DNA of 32,887 bases, from contig JACREV010000004.1 of NCBI GenBank assembly GCA_016218095.1, positions 1 through 32,887 of the forward strand, read 5' to 3'. This DNA comes from Deltaproteobacteria bacterium. GTDB lineage: Bacteria; Desulfobacterota; GWC2-55-46. Below the pieces are notes generated by a model. It did not search any database. It saw nothing but the letters and a program-made list of their open reading frames with translations, and was not told the origin of the DNA. The position numbers and the translations under genes are program-made. This document shows, in pieces, positions 31,868 to 32,887 of the stretch; position 1 is the stretch's first letter, and every line of letters starts with the position of its first letter.

Positions 31868-32689
31868 TCAGGCCCTTATGACTTTAAGGGCGTCCGCGGC
31901 CTCGTTCCTTACGGCTTCGAACGGGTAATCGGTGAAGGCCTGCACATAGCCCTCGAACCCCCTGGCCCTCCCCCCGAGCGCGGTCACCACCTTCAGTATC
32001 TCGATGATCGTCCTCGAGTCCTTCCTGTCCCCCGCAAGCATCAACGCCTCGAATATCTTCGGCACGTCGGCGGCATCGAGCCTCGAAGACGCCCCCATGA
32101 CGACTTCAGCGGCGGAGGCCACCGGCCCCGGCTCGCCGGAGTTGAGGATATGGAGCAGGGCCTCCATCCCTTTCCTGCCGCCCGTAAGAAGAGCCTGCGC
32201 CGAGGTGGACCTGTAGAAGGGCTCGGCCTGGTCCATGAGGTGCTTCCTCACGATCTCCATCCCGTCGGTGAAACCCTGCACGAGCGCTATCGCCGAGGCC
32301 TTTCTCACGTGGTAGACTTCGCTGTTCAGGTGCTCGACGAGCACGACCTTTGCGTCCGAGGTCTTAAGCCTCGCGAGCTCCTGGGCCGCGAGTATCGAGA
32401 CGTCCTCGTTCTTGTGCTCGAGGCTCCCGACCATTATGTTATAGAATGCCTTGTTCCTTGAAAGGGAGATGGTGTGGAGTATGGTCTTGGGGAAGACCCC
32501 CGGCGGCGGGTAGTCTATAAGGTAGGAGAGCTCCTTTATCGTCCCTACCTGGTCTTCCTTTACGAGGTGGTTGAGGAGCATCGTCCCCTCCTCCCTCGTG
32601 ACGGTCCCTGCCATGACCTTGGAAAACATATTGGCCAGCTTCTCGCGGGTCGTGCTCATCGGATTGGAGTCTTTCTTTTCAAGAGCCAT
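31868..32689 (-). CDS. HEAT/armadillo-like repeat protein
   Basis: 273 aa, all-helical, with repeats of the type ..V(R/H)..A..AL...... (for example DVSILAAQELARL, VYHVRKASAIALV, FEAVRNEAADALK). ATG start with Shine-Dalgarno. Confidence 0.6.
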   Translation of the reverse strand: MALEKKDSNPMSTTREKLANMFSKVMAGTVTREEGTMLLNHLVKEDQVGTIKELSYLIDYPPPGVFPKTILHTISLSRNKAFYNIMVGSLEHKNEDVSILAAQELARLKTSDAKVVLVEHLNSEVYHVRKASAIALVQGFTDGMEIVRKHLMDQAEPFYRSTSAQALLTGGRKGMEALLHILNSGEPGPVASAAEVVMGASSRLDAADVPKIFEALMLAGDRKDSRTIIEILKVVTALGGRARGFEGYVQAFTDYPFEAVRNEAADALKVIRA

Positions 32690-32887
32690 GAATATCTTCC
32701 CTCAAAGCTTGACGCGGCTTTTTTATATTTAAACGGGCCCTGAAGCGCCTGCCCCGTCCCGGCCCGATGATTATATCATAATACGGCGGAATTCAACATA
32801 AAAGCCATGAAAAACAGAATGATTTCATCTGCGCATGAGGGCCCCTGCCCTTTTCAGGAACTCCGGGTCTCCGGGGAAGGCCTCGGC

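Noticed and set aside
32770-32887. Promoter for the HEAT-repeat gene (TTGAAT-15-TATAAT on the minus strand, 32796-32770) and a possible + strand ORF start at 32807 (MKNRMISSAHEG...) running off the window edge
   Set aside because: The promoter spacer is short (15 nt) and unsupported. The edge ORF is only 27 codons long, with no Shine-Dalgarno or recognisable motif.

Overview
GC-rich bacterial chromosomal window (no rRNA, tRNA or CRISPR seen) with about 30 credible genes and frequent ATA-Ile and AGG-Arg codons. Many long ORFs in the track are antisense or alternate-frame shadows of these genes. Left part (1-8.6 kb): queD-folE2, a DUF4350-like / ResB-like / CaCA exchanger / MenA-like operon, an Hsp20 gene, a small secreted protein and cstA. 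Middle (8.6-11.25 kb): a repeat-dense islet that looks AT-richer by eye. It holds an orphan PEP-CTERM protein, a duplicated cstA 5' fragment, several copies of a ~270-nt interspersed element, other palindromic repeats and an orphan PD-(D/E)xK-like gene. Next (11.26-18.5 kb) come YHS-TldD, an MmgE/PrpD plus ICL/PEP-mutase pair with a small Cys-rich ORF, a phosphoribosyltransferase, and a MinD/ParA-like ATPase coupled to a PilZ protein. Right 13 kb (18.6-31.7 kb), all on the + strand, is a cytochrome-centred locus: a triheme c7-type lipoprotein, a six-bladed NHL propeller lipoprotein, two tandem 296-aa secreted tetraheme paralogs (each with its own promoter and strong terminator), a PpiC/SurA-type PPIase, a monoheme cytochrome c lipoprotein, a diheme-FGE fusion, a polytopic-membrane spermidine-synthase-fold protein, a second FGE-like lipoprotein, a 673-aa predicted outer-membrane beta-barrel and a TPR protein. 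I consider this locus the best candidate for an undescribed system, possibly an extracellular or periplasm-to-surface electron-transfer module or a cytochrome-polymer assembly module. All product calls rest on motif recognition by eye; no searches were run.
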